64,000 nucleotides of DNA from the NCBI RefSeq assembly GCF_009914755.1, contig NC_060931.1; one strand, written 5' to 3'. The notes under the pieces are model-generated. The model ran no database searches. It saw only the letters and a program-made list of their open reading frames with translations, and was not told the origin of the DNA. Of the stretch, positions 17,250-40,195 are shown one piece after another; position 1 is the stretch's first letter, and the number at the start of each line of letters is the position of its first letter. The DNA is from the human T2T-CHM13v2.0 reference genome, Homo sapiens. The translations under genes were made by a program, and so were the position numbers.

Positions 17250-17727
17250 TGAATGTCTCCCTAGTCCTCTCACAGATGTCTAACATAAGGCACAAAGAGA
17301 TTTTTAAAAACAGCTTAACATAGTGGTCTCCAAAAATCTGCACAAATTTTCCAGATCCCTCAAAGAAACAGAAGAGCAGTTAGATTATTTAGAACCTCAC
17401 AACATAAAAAGAGGAGTTTGTCTCTCACTGTGAATGCACCAGCAGATTATTAAATGAACTGAAGACAGAGAATTCAAAAGCCTAATAAGCATACACCAAA
17501 AAATTTTCTTCCATGACAGTAAGAGGCTTTTCAAGAATCAATTCCATTGGAGAACAGCTTCCCAATCCACATTTTAAGCTCTTGTTTTCTCCTTCACCTT
17601 TGGACATTTCACATATGTTATCTGCTAAATCATTCATACCTATCTGAGTGTATGGCTATTCTCTCCACTCTTCTCACATTCTGGTAATATTTTCTATACT
17701 GCAGAAGGTAACCAGGTCTAGCTTAAA
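17250..17727 (-). pseudogene. Decayed duplicate of KRAB-B exon (17644-17727) with downstream intron
   Basis: Aligns by eye to ~21980-22500; translates FKLDLVT/LQYRKYYQNVRRVERIAIHS versus [28 protein letters not shown]; donor is ATaggt. Confidence 0.7.
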
Positions 17728-18797
17728 AGACTTTCCGACACAACCTTTCTTTCACTCAACTGCAACTGGGCTAAGTAAAGCACAATCAACTCCCAGTATT
17801 ACCCTCAGGAGAGATCTAGAAGAGTGGGTCTGTTTAAAGTTCTGAAATTATACGAGATGGTCTAATTAATAGAGTCTGTCTCCCTCAACATGAAAATGAT
17901 GGAGTAATGAGAATTATAGTTTGTATGTACTAGATGAAAGGTGAATGTTGCAATAGTAGAGGAACTGCAATGCCACAGTCAACTAGAGAAGCAAAAAATT
18001 ATAGAATCTGAAAAGAAAATGAGAAAAAAATCTCTTTAACTTAGAAATTACACACAAAAGTCCAAAGACACAACTGAGAACATGTTTGTGAAGCACTGAA
18101 AATCTATAGCCTGGCTCACTGCTGTAGCCAGTCTTTAAGCAAATCCTTAAATATTAGATTAGAAAGCTGTTTTTAAGTTTCCAAATTTCATAAAAGGATC
18201 ACATGACATAAAAAAGAAAACATACCCCACTTGAAGAAATAAATTTCCAAAACTCAATCCTTAAGAAGATCTTTGCATTATCTGACAAAGATGTCAAAAT
18301 AATGATACTAAGTATGCTCAATAAGAACAAAAACAAAAAAAGAACCCAGAAGAAATTGTGGAACAGAAAAATAATTGTTGAAAAATTTTGTAGAATCACA
18401 ACAGAATAACTGACCAGAAGACAAAAATCAGAAAACTAAAGACATGTTATTTATAAATATGGAGTCATGAAAAAAAAATTGAAAAACATCAACATGGAAT
18501 ATGTAACTTATTAGATACCATTAAGGAGACCAATATATTCATGAAAGGATCCTTTGAAGAAGAATGCAGGGGAAAAGTCATAGGTAGAGAGGTTATTTGA
18601 AGAAAAAAGGGACTAAGAACTTCCCAAATTTCAAGGTGATGAAAAAAAAATGCTACCAACCAAGGATACTTAATCTGGGAGAAATTTACTTTAAAAACAA
18701 GAAAAAAATAAAGACTTTCTAATATGAACAAAAGGTAAGGGTGTTCATTACCCCTAGAACAGTCTTATAAGAAATACTACATGGAGTCCATTATGTT

Positions 18798-18920
18798 GAC
18801 AGACATGGTGGTTCACACCCGTAATCCTAGCAACTTTGTAGGTTGAGGCAGAAGCAGCATCTTTTTAGGCCAGGAGTTTGAGACCAGCCTAGGTGATATG
18901 GTGAGACCCCTTCTCAAAGA
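18798..18920 (+). mobile_element. Alu left monomer (FLAM/AluJ fragment)
   Basis: Diverged monomer with B-box-like aggagtttgagaccagcct. Confidence 0.8.
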
Positions 18921-19644
18921 AGAGACCATTATAATAATTTTGTTTTTCAGGGAGAGGGTTTTAAAACCTGCTAGGGCTAAAGATTGATTGGAGTCATTTT
19001 GAAAAGGCAGGCCCTCATTCAGGTGGCAAACTTGAAAACCCTTGGTCTTGGCTACAGACCAAGAAATGGTTCACCTATTTTGACCCCACTTAAAATTTTG
19101 CAGTGACTCCATAACCATCTCCAGCTCCTCCCAGCCATAGTCTAGGAGTGGTTCTGCACATCCAGGGACCCAGAGTAAGATGCCTATTTGTGGTTACAGT
19201 GGTAGGTCTGCAGACCTTGGCCTTTACTGGCTCTCTGAAACAGTTCAGCGACTCAGTTTCAGCACTGATAGTCACAGTTTGTGGCCAGTTCTACCAACCT
19301 AAGTACCCAGAGAGTGAACTGGGGAAATCCTGCCACATACTCAGTAAGAAACACACATCAGGCCCACCATATACCAACCCTAATGCACAACACTGCCCTA
19401 GAGCTAGCCCTACAGATCAAAGTCCTAAAGGCAATTCAATCTGCCAAGAAATAAGACAGGATTAACAACTACCCAGGCTCCTGGTAACAAACCCACAAAA
19501 CGCAAACTCCATAACAGACCAAGAAGCAGCCATGTGACCCACGTATAACCCCTCTCCACTGCATACCCAAAAAGGATTCTACCAGCTAATTGACCCAAGA
19601 GAAGATTTTTGTCTGCTGAAATCAGACTATAAAATTGGAAAATT

Positions 19645-21525
19645 TAGATTCAATAAATCCCCTATTAAAATTTTAGTAAAATTTTTCAAAGTAATAGAAA
19701 ATGCAATCTTAAAATTTATATGAAATTACAAGAAACTTTGAATAGCCAAAGCAGTTTTGAGAATTAAAAACAAAGCTAGGGGCATTATACTTTCTAATTT
19801 TAAACTACGTTTGAAGGCTATTGTAATAAAAACAGGATGCTCTGTGGATAAAAATGCACACCGATATCAGTGGAGCAGAATGGAGAGCCCAGAAACAAAT
19901 CCATTCATGCGAGATCAACTCATCTTTGACACTGAGGCACTAAGAATACACAATGCAGAAAGTACAGTCTCTTCCATGCTTGGGGCTGGGAAAAGGGAAT
20001 ACCCACAAGTAAAAGAATAATATTAGACCACTTTTCTTACACTGTATTTAAAATTAACTAAATATAAAATAAGGACTCTAATGTATGACAAAAATCTTTT
20101 TTTTTTTTTTTTTAGTATTTATTGATCATTCTTGGGTATTTCTCGCAGAGGGGGATTTGGCAGGGTCATAGGACAATAGTGGAGGGAAGGTCAGCAGATA
20201 AGCAAGTGAACAAGGGCCTCTGGTTTTCCTAGGCAGAAGACCCTGTGGCCTTCCGCAGTGTTTGTGTCCCTGGGTACTTGAGATTAGGGAGTGGTGATGA
20301 CTCCCTAATCATCAAGCATCCGTTTAACAAAATTCTTAATAATCTTAAAAGAAAACATATTAAAAGACCTTAATATTGCTCTTCAAAATAAATTTTGGGA
20401 TACGACAGCAAAAGTACAGCAATAAAAGCAAATATAGACAAATTAAACTGCATCAAACTAAAACACTTCTGCATAACCAAGAAAAAACAGAATAAGAAAA
20501 CCATATCTGGTAAGTGGTTAGAATCAAAAATATATAAGAAACTCATACAAATAAAAGGTAACAACTATACTAATAGTAATAATAACAAGATTTAAAAGAT
20601 AAGCCAAGGACTAAATAAATGTTTATTAATGAAAACATTTAATTGGGCAACGGGTATATAGAAAGGTGATCAATGTCACCAATCTGGCAGATGCAAATTA
20701 AATTCATGGTGAGATATTACTTATACCTGTTAGGATTGCTAATATCAAAAAGAAGATTTATAGCAAGTGTTGACAAGAATATATTAAAGAAAAGAAATGC
20801 TTTACGTTCTTGGTGATGTGTAATTTTTTGAGACATTATGAAAACCAGTATGAAGGTTCTTTAAAAATTTTTTTAATAGTACTACTGTACAATTTAGCTA
20901 TCTCACATCTGCATTTACAATAAATTTACTATCTCAAAGAAATACCTGCACCTCCATGTTCATTGAACATTTTTCACAATTGTCAAGATACAAAAGCAAT
21001 CTAAAGTGTTTGTGGAAACTGACTGCACAAAGAAAACATGGTATATATACAAAACGGAATATTATTCAGCCATAAAAAGTAATAAAACCCTGCCGTTTCT
21101 ACAACATGGATGGACCTAGATGACATTATGCTAAGTGAAACATGAAAGAAACAGAAAGTATAATCTCACTTCTATGGAGAATATAATAAGGTTGGACTCC
21201 TAGAAGAAGAGAGTACAGAGATGAGTGCTAGGCCGTGGAGGTGGGGAAAGTGGGATATGTTGTTCAAATGGTACAAATGTTCAGTTAAAAGACAAATAAG
21301 TTATGGTAGCCTAAGGTACAGCTTTATGACTATAGAAAGTAATACTGTTAGGCATGCTGAAAATTTGCTGAGATCTTAATTGTTCTCACTACAAAAAAGG
21401 TAAGTAAGTAAGGTCATAAATGTGTTTGTTCACTAATTTGATTGCATTAATCATTTCATTATGTATACAGATATAAAATCAATACACTGTATACACTATA
21501 TAGGTATTCAATTTGTGAAAAACAT
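19645..21525 (+). mobile_element. Old L1 (L1MA/MB) ORF2 3' part and 3'UTR, interrupted by SVA
   Basis: ORF2 remnants (KNKARGIILSNFKL; KANIDKLNCIKLKHFC) and 3'UTR motifs. Confidence 0.85.
20097..20330 (-). mobile_element. SVA retrotransposon, 5'-truncated (SINE-R 3' end)
   Basis: poly-T then agtatttattgatcattcttggg..tttctcgcagagggggatttggcagggtcatagg, the reverse SVA 3' end; probable TSD acaaaaatctt / acaaaattctt. SVA is hominoid-specific. Confidence 0.93.
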
Positions 21526-22401
21526 TTGTTACTGAGATTATATATGTGTGTCATACACATACATATATACACGTGTTTATATATATACACACATATGAAT
21601 GACAGTCACAGTAAGCTTTATACTAAATAAAATCACAAAATGATGTCATTTAAAATAAAGTTAAAATTGAGAGTTTAATATGTACTCAGCAATGTTTCAA
21701 GCTCTCCAATGACATAGTATATTTAATAAATGTATGAAGTAGATACACTGAACTATATTACAGTTGAGGAATTTGGCCACATTTACGAACATTTGTTTAT
21801 ATGAAAAGAATAACATTTGAAGTAACACAATTTTAGAGTTTGTTTCATTTAGGGAGATGCTTAGTGTTTTGATATAATTACTGAGTATAAATTCCCATAA
21901 AATCACATTTGAAGCCTCCATAGAATAGAAAATTATAAAGCAGGAAGCACACATCTTTTTGTGGTGTTCCTGGGATTTCTGATCCAAACTGCAACATCAC
22001 CAAAACTTATATATTTAGACATTATCCGAAAAGAGAACTTAAAAAATGGTTTAATATAGAGTTTCTCAAAAATACAGATATTGCTGTTTCTCCCAAGCAA
22101 TGGAAAAGCAGTCAAATCACACATTTTCTTTTAAGCCATGAAAACAACTTTCATTATCACTGTAAACTTAAAGAAAAAAAACCAGCAAGAACAACAACAA
22201 AATACATTACTGAAGGTGAAGTACAGTGCTTGGAAAATTCACAAGAATGGGACAAAAAATGTCCCTATGTTAAAGCAAGAGAAAGAAATGAAGGCTTCCC
22301 AGAAATGATTTCCACTGGAGCAGAGCTTCTGGAAGCACGTTTAAAGGTCTGGCTTCCTCCTTGACATTGGGATCCGTCATTTGTGTCATTTGCTTCATTC
22401 A

Positions 22402-22563
<162 letters not shown>

Positions 22564-22924
22564 CTAGTACTATGCTCAGTAGAGAAGAAAGAACATTATA
22601 GAAGACTCTAGAAAATTAATTCCAATCTACTGTTTACTAACATAAACTTTAGAATATTTAGAAAGTATTTTAAATTTGTGGGTTCTTAGCTCTATTACCC
22701 AGTGATACTGAATCAAAAGTCAGTTGTGAAAATTGCATTTTTAGGTGTGGGTAACAATATTTTATGCATTAAATTTCTGATATTACCACGAATTTAGACT
22801 CTATACAGATGAGCTCAAAAAAGGGAAAGATTAATGTTAAGATGAAACATCTTAAAGATTATATTTTCTACCTGAACAGATACCCAATTTTTTCTTTTTG
22901 AAGCAGGATTCTGGAACTCACTTA

Positions 22925-23149
<225 letters not shown>

Positions 23150-24084
23150 TTACCAAGTGACCATAGAAAGAACTCCTGATTTGACGTCAGGTAAAATGAG
23201 AGTAAAGAGAGCTGGTTCTGACTTACATGAGTTACTGAAGTTATCCAATAGGATACTTTCCAGCACAGAGATATTCTCTAATGTATTTTTAACTCTGAGA
23301 AAAGGTGGCATAAGATCATGAAACCAGTGTATGTGCAATACTTTTCTTGATGATACAGTTTAAATAAAGGACATTAACACAGGTATGTACATTTCTTAAT
23401 GCTATATTTACATAATATAAGATGAGTTGTCTATACTTCCCATATGGAAACTTCATGGTGAGTTAAAAGCATACTTCTCACATCTTATTCTCAAATCAAT
23501 TAACAGGAGATCTTGTTAAAATGTAGATTTTGACTCTGAAGATCTAGGGTAAAGCTTGAGTTTTTGAATTGATAGTTTGCCAGTGGTATCACTGCTTCTG
23601 GCCCAAGGAGAATATTTTGTCAAAAATTCAGTAAGTGGCACAGCCTAGGTTTTTAGTTTATTTGACCAGTAAAGAAAGACGAGAGCCTTCACTTTCCATA
23701 GGAAGCGATATGCAAAGAGAAGGTAAGAAGAAGAGCTCTCAGATTAAATGTGGTTTAATCTTGTTTTTGCACATCACTTGATAAAACTCCCCAAGGTACC
23801 TATTAAAAATAAAGAGTAAAATAATTAACTCTAGAGTGAAAAAAATATGTCAAAAAGCATATTTACCAAGTAAATAAATGAAGATCAACTACATTAAAAG
23901 AAATTTGTATCAGGTGCTGATTAACAAAGAAGGATATGACACTACTGTGCTATTATTAACATTAACACAAAAAAGGGTGAACTTAATCTGAGTCTAGTCA
24001 TGAAGAAACATCAGTTTTGAGCAAAAATTTAAGCTACAAATATCTCCCATGTTCTGTAATCTCTAATGGTGTATATAAATAAGT

Positions 24085-25731
24085 CTTTCTTTTTTTTGGT
24101 TAAACTTTTTTTTTTTAACTTTAAGTTCTGGGATGCATGTGCAGAACGTGTGGTTTTGTTACATAGGTATACATGTGTCAAGGTGGTTTGCTGCACCTAT
24201 CAACCTGTCATCTAGGTTTTAAGCTCCACATGTGTTAGGTATTTGTCCTAATGTTCTCCCTCCCCTTGCCCCCAATCCCGACAGCCATCAGTGTGTGATG
24301 TTCCCCTTCCATGTGTTCATGTGTTCTCATTGTTCACCTCCCGCTTATGAGTGAGAACATGCAGTGTTTGGTTTTCTGTTCCTGTGTTAGTTTGCTGAGA
24401 ATGATGGTTTCCAGCTTCATCCATATCCAAGCAAAGAACATTCCTTTTTATGGCTGCATGGTATTCCATAGTGTTTATGTGCCACATTTTCTTTATCCAG
24501 TCTATCATTGATAGGCATGTGGGCTGGCTCCAAGTCTTTGCTATTGTAAATAGTGCTGCAATAAACATACAAGTGTATGTGTCTTTATAGAATGATTTAT
24601 AACCCAGTAATGGGATTGCTGGGTCAAATGGTATTTCTGATTCTAGATCCTTGAGGAATTGCCACACTGTCCTCCACAATGGTTGAACTAATTTACACTC
24701 CCAAGAATAGTGTAAAAGTGTTCTTGTATCTCCACATCCAAGCCATCATCTGTTTCCTGACTTTTTAATGATCACCATTCTAACTGGCATGAGATACTAT
24801 CTCATTGTGGTTTTGATTTGCATTTCTCTAATGACCAGTGATGATGAGCTTTTTTTCATCTTTGTTGGCTGCATAAATGTCTTCTTTTGAGAAGTGTCTG
24901 TTCATATCCTTTGCCCACTTTTTGATGGGGTTGTTTTTTTTTCTTGTAAATTTGTTTAAGTTCCTTCTAGATTCTGGATATTAGCCCTTTATCAGATGGA
25001 TAGATTGCAAAAATTTTCTCTCATTCTTTAGGCTGCATGTTCACTCTGATGATAGTTTCTTTTGCTGTGCAGAAGCTCTTTAGTTTAATTAGATCCCATT
25101 TGTCAATTTTGGCTTTTGGTGTTTTAGTCATGAAGTCTCTGCCCATGTCTGTGTCCTGAAGCCTAGGTTTTCTTCTAGGGTTTTTATGGTTTTACATTTA
25201 AGTCTTTAATCCATCTTGACTTAATTTTTGTATAAGGTGTAAGGAAGGGGTCCGGTTTGTTTTCTGCATATGGCTAGCCAGTTTTCCCAGTACCATTTAT
25301 TACATAGGGAATCCTTTTCCCATTGCTTGTTTTTGTCAGGTTTGTCGAAGATCAGATGGTTGTAGATGTGTGGTATTATTTCTGAGGCCTCTGTTCTGTT
25401 CCATTGGTCTACATTATCTGTTTTGGTACAAGTACCATGCTCTTTTAGGTACTGTAGCCTTGTAGTATAGTTTGAAGTCAGGTAGCATGATGCCTCCAGC
25501 TTTGTTCTTTTTGCTTAGGATTGTGTTGGCTATATGCACTTTTTTGGTTCTATATGAAATTTAAAGTGGTTTTTTTCTAATTCTGTAAAGAAAATCAGTG
25601 GTAGCTTGATGGGAATAGCATTGAATCTATAAATTACTTTGGACAGTATGGTCATTTTCATGATATTGATTTTTCCTATCCATGAGCATGGAATTTTTTT
25701 CCATTTGTTTGTATCCTCTCTTATTTCCTTG
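24085..25731 (-). mobile_element. L1PA7/8-like 3' 1.6 kb (5'-truncated)
   Basis: Reverse 3'UTR plus ORF2 C-terminus (WQFLKDLESEIPFDPAIPLLG...WIKKMWHINTMEY). Confidence 0.93.
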
Positions 25732-26507
25732 CTTTAGCATCCTAGAGAAGAAGTCTCTTCTAATTATTTTTTATTTAGAACTTTCTGAGTTATCCTGGGC
25801 AATAAAGACCATTCTCATTAAATGTGTGTTTTTACAAGCAGTTTTGCATAGATTTAATGGAAGCTAAACAGTACATGGTCTCCTTCACTGATAACCAAGC
25901 ACCTGATCCCATCTCAAACAAGAATCTTGGGCATCCACATCTTTCTATGTTCTACAGCCACAAAAGGAACATTTGTAATGTTGCAGGTTATAAATTCATG
26001 GTGACAATTTTTTCATGGCTTATTAAGAGCTGGGATGTAGAGAATAAAGATGGATCTGTGATCCCTTCCAGGTGTGACTAGCTGCACAAATTAAACCTGT
26101 TTCTTGAGAATACGCCTTTGAAGCATCAGTGAAACTCCTTCCCTTGAAACCGCCACACCCACAGGCAGAAGGACCTAGAATTGCAGATAAAGTCTGCCTT
26201 TCTTTGTCCTTTATCACAGGAGAGGTTCAGAACCAGTAAACTCCTACATAAAAACAAAATGTGAGTTTCCCCTTTCCAGTACTCGTTGCCCTTCTCTGCC
26301 ACAGATGCCAGCAATTTCTACTGCAGCAATGGGAATACGGGCCGCACTGACCTGCCCCTACCAAACCCAAGCAGAGCAGTCTCTATGATCTTTATCTGGG
26401 ACTAAAACTAAACTCACCTCTCGTGAATGTATCTGAAAACACTTGTGGTTGACGCTGGGCTCACCTTAGCCTCACATGTGGCACTTAATTCAAACAACAT
26501 GGCTGCA

Positions 26508-29500
26508 GGGGAGAAGAGGAGCAAGATGACTTAATAGCACCCTCCAGCAACCATCCCCCGAATAAAACACCAAATAGAATGACTATCCAAATAAGAAGCA
26601 TCTTCATAAGAACCAAAACTCTGGGGAGCGATCACAGGACCTAGTTTTAGCATCACATGAAAGAGGGACTGAGGAGGGTAAACAAGAAAGCTGTTAATTG
26701 CCAACAGCAGCCCTCCTCCATTCCCTGGCAGTGCAGCTTGGCAGAGAGAGAAAATCCATGTGCTTACAGAAGGGAGAGTGCAGTGATTATGAGACTGTGC
26801 AGTAAAACTCAGAGCTGCCTGTCATAGCAGAAAGCAACATGGGGCAGAATTCAGCCAGAGCCTACAGACGGAGCACTCAGACTAGCCATAGTCAGAGAGG
26901 AAGTGTCCATTTCAGTAATCAAAACCTGAGTTTCAGGTAGCCCCATCACCATAGGCTAAAGCGCTCTGGGGTTCTAAATAAACCTGAAAGGCAGTGTAAG
27001 CCACTGGGACTGCAATTTCTGGGCAAATCCTGGTGCTCTGTGAGATGCCAACTGGGATGGCCAAGAAAGTGCCTGCATCATCCTTACCCCAGGCACAGGC
27101 AGTGTAGTTCACAGCTCCAGGAGAAAATCTTTCTTTCTACTTGAGGAAAGGGGAGAGAAGTGTAAAGAAGACTTTGTCCTGCAACTTGGACATCATCTCA
27201 GCCACAGTAGAATACAGCACCAGAAAAAGCCCTGAGGCCCCCATTCTAGGACTTAGTTCCTGGGTGACAGTTCTAGACATAGCCTGGGCCAGAAGAGAAC
27301 ACACTGCCTTGAAGGGAAGGTACCAGTTCTGGCAGGATTCATCACCTTTGGCCATGAATAAACATCAGCAGTAACCAAGTAGTACTTGCTGCAGCCCCTG
27401 GGGTGTGAGACCCAGTGCAGTGCAATCCAAGCTGTGGCAGCCATGTGAAGAGACTTCTGCTTGAGGAAAAGAGAGGGAAGAGTAAAAGAGGCTTTGTCTT
27501 GAAGCTTGATTACCAGCTCAGCCATAGTGAGGTAGCAGTAACAAGATAGCTCCTGAGGTCACTGATTTCAGGCCTTGGCTCCTGGATGACATTTCTGGAA
27601 CCACCCTGGGCCAGAAAAGAACCCACTGCCCTGAAGCAAAAGAAGCAGGCCCAGCAGAGTTCACCACAAGCTGACGCAAGATCCTTGGGTCCTCACTGGA
27701 TATCAGCAGTAGCCTGGAAGTACTTACTGTGGGCTCTGGGTGGTGGTGACCATGGGGAGTGGCTTCTTATGCTTGAGAAAGGAGAGAAAAGAGTAGGAAG
27801 GATGTTGTCTCATGGCTTCAGTGCCAGCTAAGCCACAGAAGAATAGGGCAACAAGTAGATTCCTAAGGCTTCTGACTCCATGTTCTTCCTACCAAATGGC
27901 ATTTTGCTATCCCCAGCCCAGGATGAGTAACAGAGCTCACTGCCCTGAAGGCAAGGACATAAGCCTGGCTGGATTCACCACCTACTGACTGAAGAGAACT
28001 TGGATCTTGAGTGAACATCAGCAGTACCTAGGTAGTGGTCACTGTGGACCTTATGTGAGACCCAGTCCTGTGCTGGCTTTGGGTCTGACTTAGTGTAGTC
28101 CTAGTGATGGTGGCCACAGGGGTGCTTGTGTTTCACTGACCCTAGCCCCCGGCAGCTCAGTATGGAGAGAAAATTCCACTTATTTGACAGAATGTAAAAA
28201 AACAGAAAAAGAGTCTGCCTGGTAACCCAGAGACTCTCTTGGTTCTTACCTAAGACCACCAAGGTGGTACCTCTACAAGTCTGCAAGCATCACAGTGTTA
28301 TTCAGGTTGGGGTGTCCCCTAATGCAGATATGACTGCAATGATCAAAGACTTAGATTACAACACTCAATTCCCTTTGAATACCTGGGAAGCCTTTCTAAG
28401 AAAGACAAGTATTAAAAAGCCCAGAATGCAAAGACTAAAATAAATGCCTGACTTATTAATGCCCAGACATTAATGAACATCCACAAAAATTAAGACTATT
28501 CAGGAAAACATAACCTCATTAAAACCAAATAAGGCACTAGTGTGCAAATCCTGAGAGACAGAGATATGTAACCTTTCAGACAGGAAATTCAAAACAGCTG
28601 TTTTGAAAAAGCTCAGCAAAATTCAAAATAACAACAAAAAAAAAGAAATTCAGAATCTGATCCAATAAACTTAACAAATTGATTAAAATCATTTTGAAGA
28701 ATCAAGCAAAAATTCTGGTTCTGAAAATTTAAATGATATTGAAGAACGCATCAGAGTCTCTCAACAGCAGAACTGATCAAGCAGAAGAAAGAATCAGTGA
28801 GTTTGAACACAGGTTATTTGAAAAGATACAGTCAGATGAGATTTAAAAAAAAGCCTCAAAAGGGCTAAGAGTTATGGCCTTCAAGAGGAGGTAGAAAAAA
28901 AGTTCTGGGTAGAAAGTTTATTCAAAGGTATAATGAGAACTTCCCATACCTAAAAAATTAATATTCAAGTATAAGAAGGTTGTAGAATACTAAGCACAAT
29001 TCACTTAAATATGACCACCTGAATGTCTTTAATAATAAAATTCTCAAAGGTCAAAGATAAAGGATTCTGAAAACAGCAATAGAAAAAAAACAACATTCAA
29101 ACAAGTACCAATATGTTTGACAGTGGACTCTTCAGTGAAAATCCTACAGGCCGGGAGATGGTGACATGACATACTTAACATACTGAAGGAAAAAACTTTT
29201 ATCCTAGAATACACCCAGCAAAAATATACTTCAACTATTAAAAAAAAACAACTAACAAACAAGATGAGAGATTTTATTAACAGCCCCAGACCTGTCCTAC
29301 AAAAAATGCTAAAGGCAGTTCTTCAGTCTAAAAGAATAGAACATTAATGAGCAACAAGAAAACATCTGGTACCAAACTCACTGGTAATATGAAGCACACA
29401 GACAAACACAAAATTTTCTAGCACCGTAAATGTGGCGTGTAAACTATTCATATTTTGAGAAGACTAAAAGATTTTCCTATACTTAAAATTATTAAAAATA

Positions 29501-31026
29501 ATAACTCTCTACCTCCTTTTTAAGGCCATAACTCTCATATTTTGACTTTTTAGATAACTGTCATAGTTATCCAAAATACTAATTAAAACAAGTTTAAGAC
29601 ATAGACAGTATAATAAGATATAAATAGAAACAACAAAATGTTAAAAAGTTGGGAGAAAAAGTTAAACTGTATTTTTTATTAGTTTTTCTCTTTGCTCGTT
29701 TGCTCATTTTTACAGTAAGTGTTAAGTTGCCATCAGTTTAAAATAATGGGTTATAAGATGTTATTTGCAAGCCTTATGGTAACCTCAAATAAAAAACTTA
29801 CAATAGACACACATACATAAAATCAAAAATGAAAACATACCAGTAGATAAAATCATCTTTACTAAAAGAAAGACAGGATGAATGGGAGAGAGAAAGAGAA
29901 AATACCACAAAACAACAAGAAATCAGATACCAGAATGGCTGACATAAGTCTTTACTTACTAACACTGAATATAAATTAATTTAACTCCCCAATCAAAAGA
30001 CATAGATTGGCCAAGTGGGTAAAAATAAAAACAAGACCCAACAATCTGTTTCCTACAAGACACACACTTCACCTATAAAGACAAAGACAGACTGAAAATG
30101 AAGGGATAGAAAAAGATATTCCATGCAAACAGAAATCAAAAAAGCAGGAATAGCTACACTTACATTAAACAAAACAGATTTCAAGAAAAAAACCATAAAA
30201 AGAGACAACAAAAGTTATTATATTATAATAAAGTGGTCAATTCAGCAAGAGAATATAACAATTGAAAATTAATATGCATATGCACCTAACACTGGAAAAC
30301 TCAGATATATGAAGTAAATATTAGAGATAAAGAGAGATCAAACCCCAATACAATAATAGCTAGAGACTTCAACAACCCACTTTCAGCAGTGGACAGATCA
30401 TCCAGATAGTAAAATCAACAAATAAACATTGGACTTAATCTGCACTGTAAACCAAACAGACCTAATAGATATTTACAAAGCGTTTCATCAAGAAGCTACA
30501 GAATACAAATTCTACACCTCAGCCCCTGGGTTATTTTCAAGGATAGACCACATGTTAGGTCACAAAATAACTCTTAAAATAATCTCCCCCCAAATAAAAT
30601 TATATCAAGTATTTTCTCTGATGATAATAGAATAAAACTAGAAATCACTAACAGAAAAAACTCTGGAAACTATACAAACACATAGAAATTGAAATATGCT
30701 CCTGAGTGACTGGTGGGCCCATACTGAAAGAAAAAATTAAAATGTTCTTGAACAAAATGAAAATAAAAACATAACGCAACTATGAATAGAGTGAAAGAAT
30801 CACTTAGAAGGTTTATAGCAATAAGTGCCTACATCAAAAACAGTTTTAAAAAAATCTCCAAATAAACTATTGATGTATCATATACAACTAGAAAAGAGCA
30901 AACCAAACCCAAAATTAGAAGAAAATAAAAATTATCACAGAAATAAATGAATATAAAACAAAATATGAAAAGATAAACATAATGAAAAGTTAGTTTTTTT
31001 GAAAAGATAAACAAAATTTACAAAAT
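26508..31026 (+). mobile_element. L1 (L1M1/L1MA-like): 5'UTR, decayed ORF1, ORF2 endonuclease; 3'-truncated
   Basis: gagcaagatg-type start, repetitive 5'UTR, ORF2 remnant (LIDIYKAFH...GLFSRIDHMLGHK, 30429-30635); abuts satellite at 31027. Confidence 0.88.

Positions 31027-40195
<9,169 letters not shown>

Noticed and set aside
27100-28250. ~300-bp degenerate tandem repeats (similar ones at 7390-8370)
   Set aside because: Intrinsic to these L1 5'UTRs
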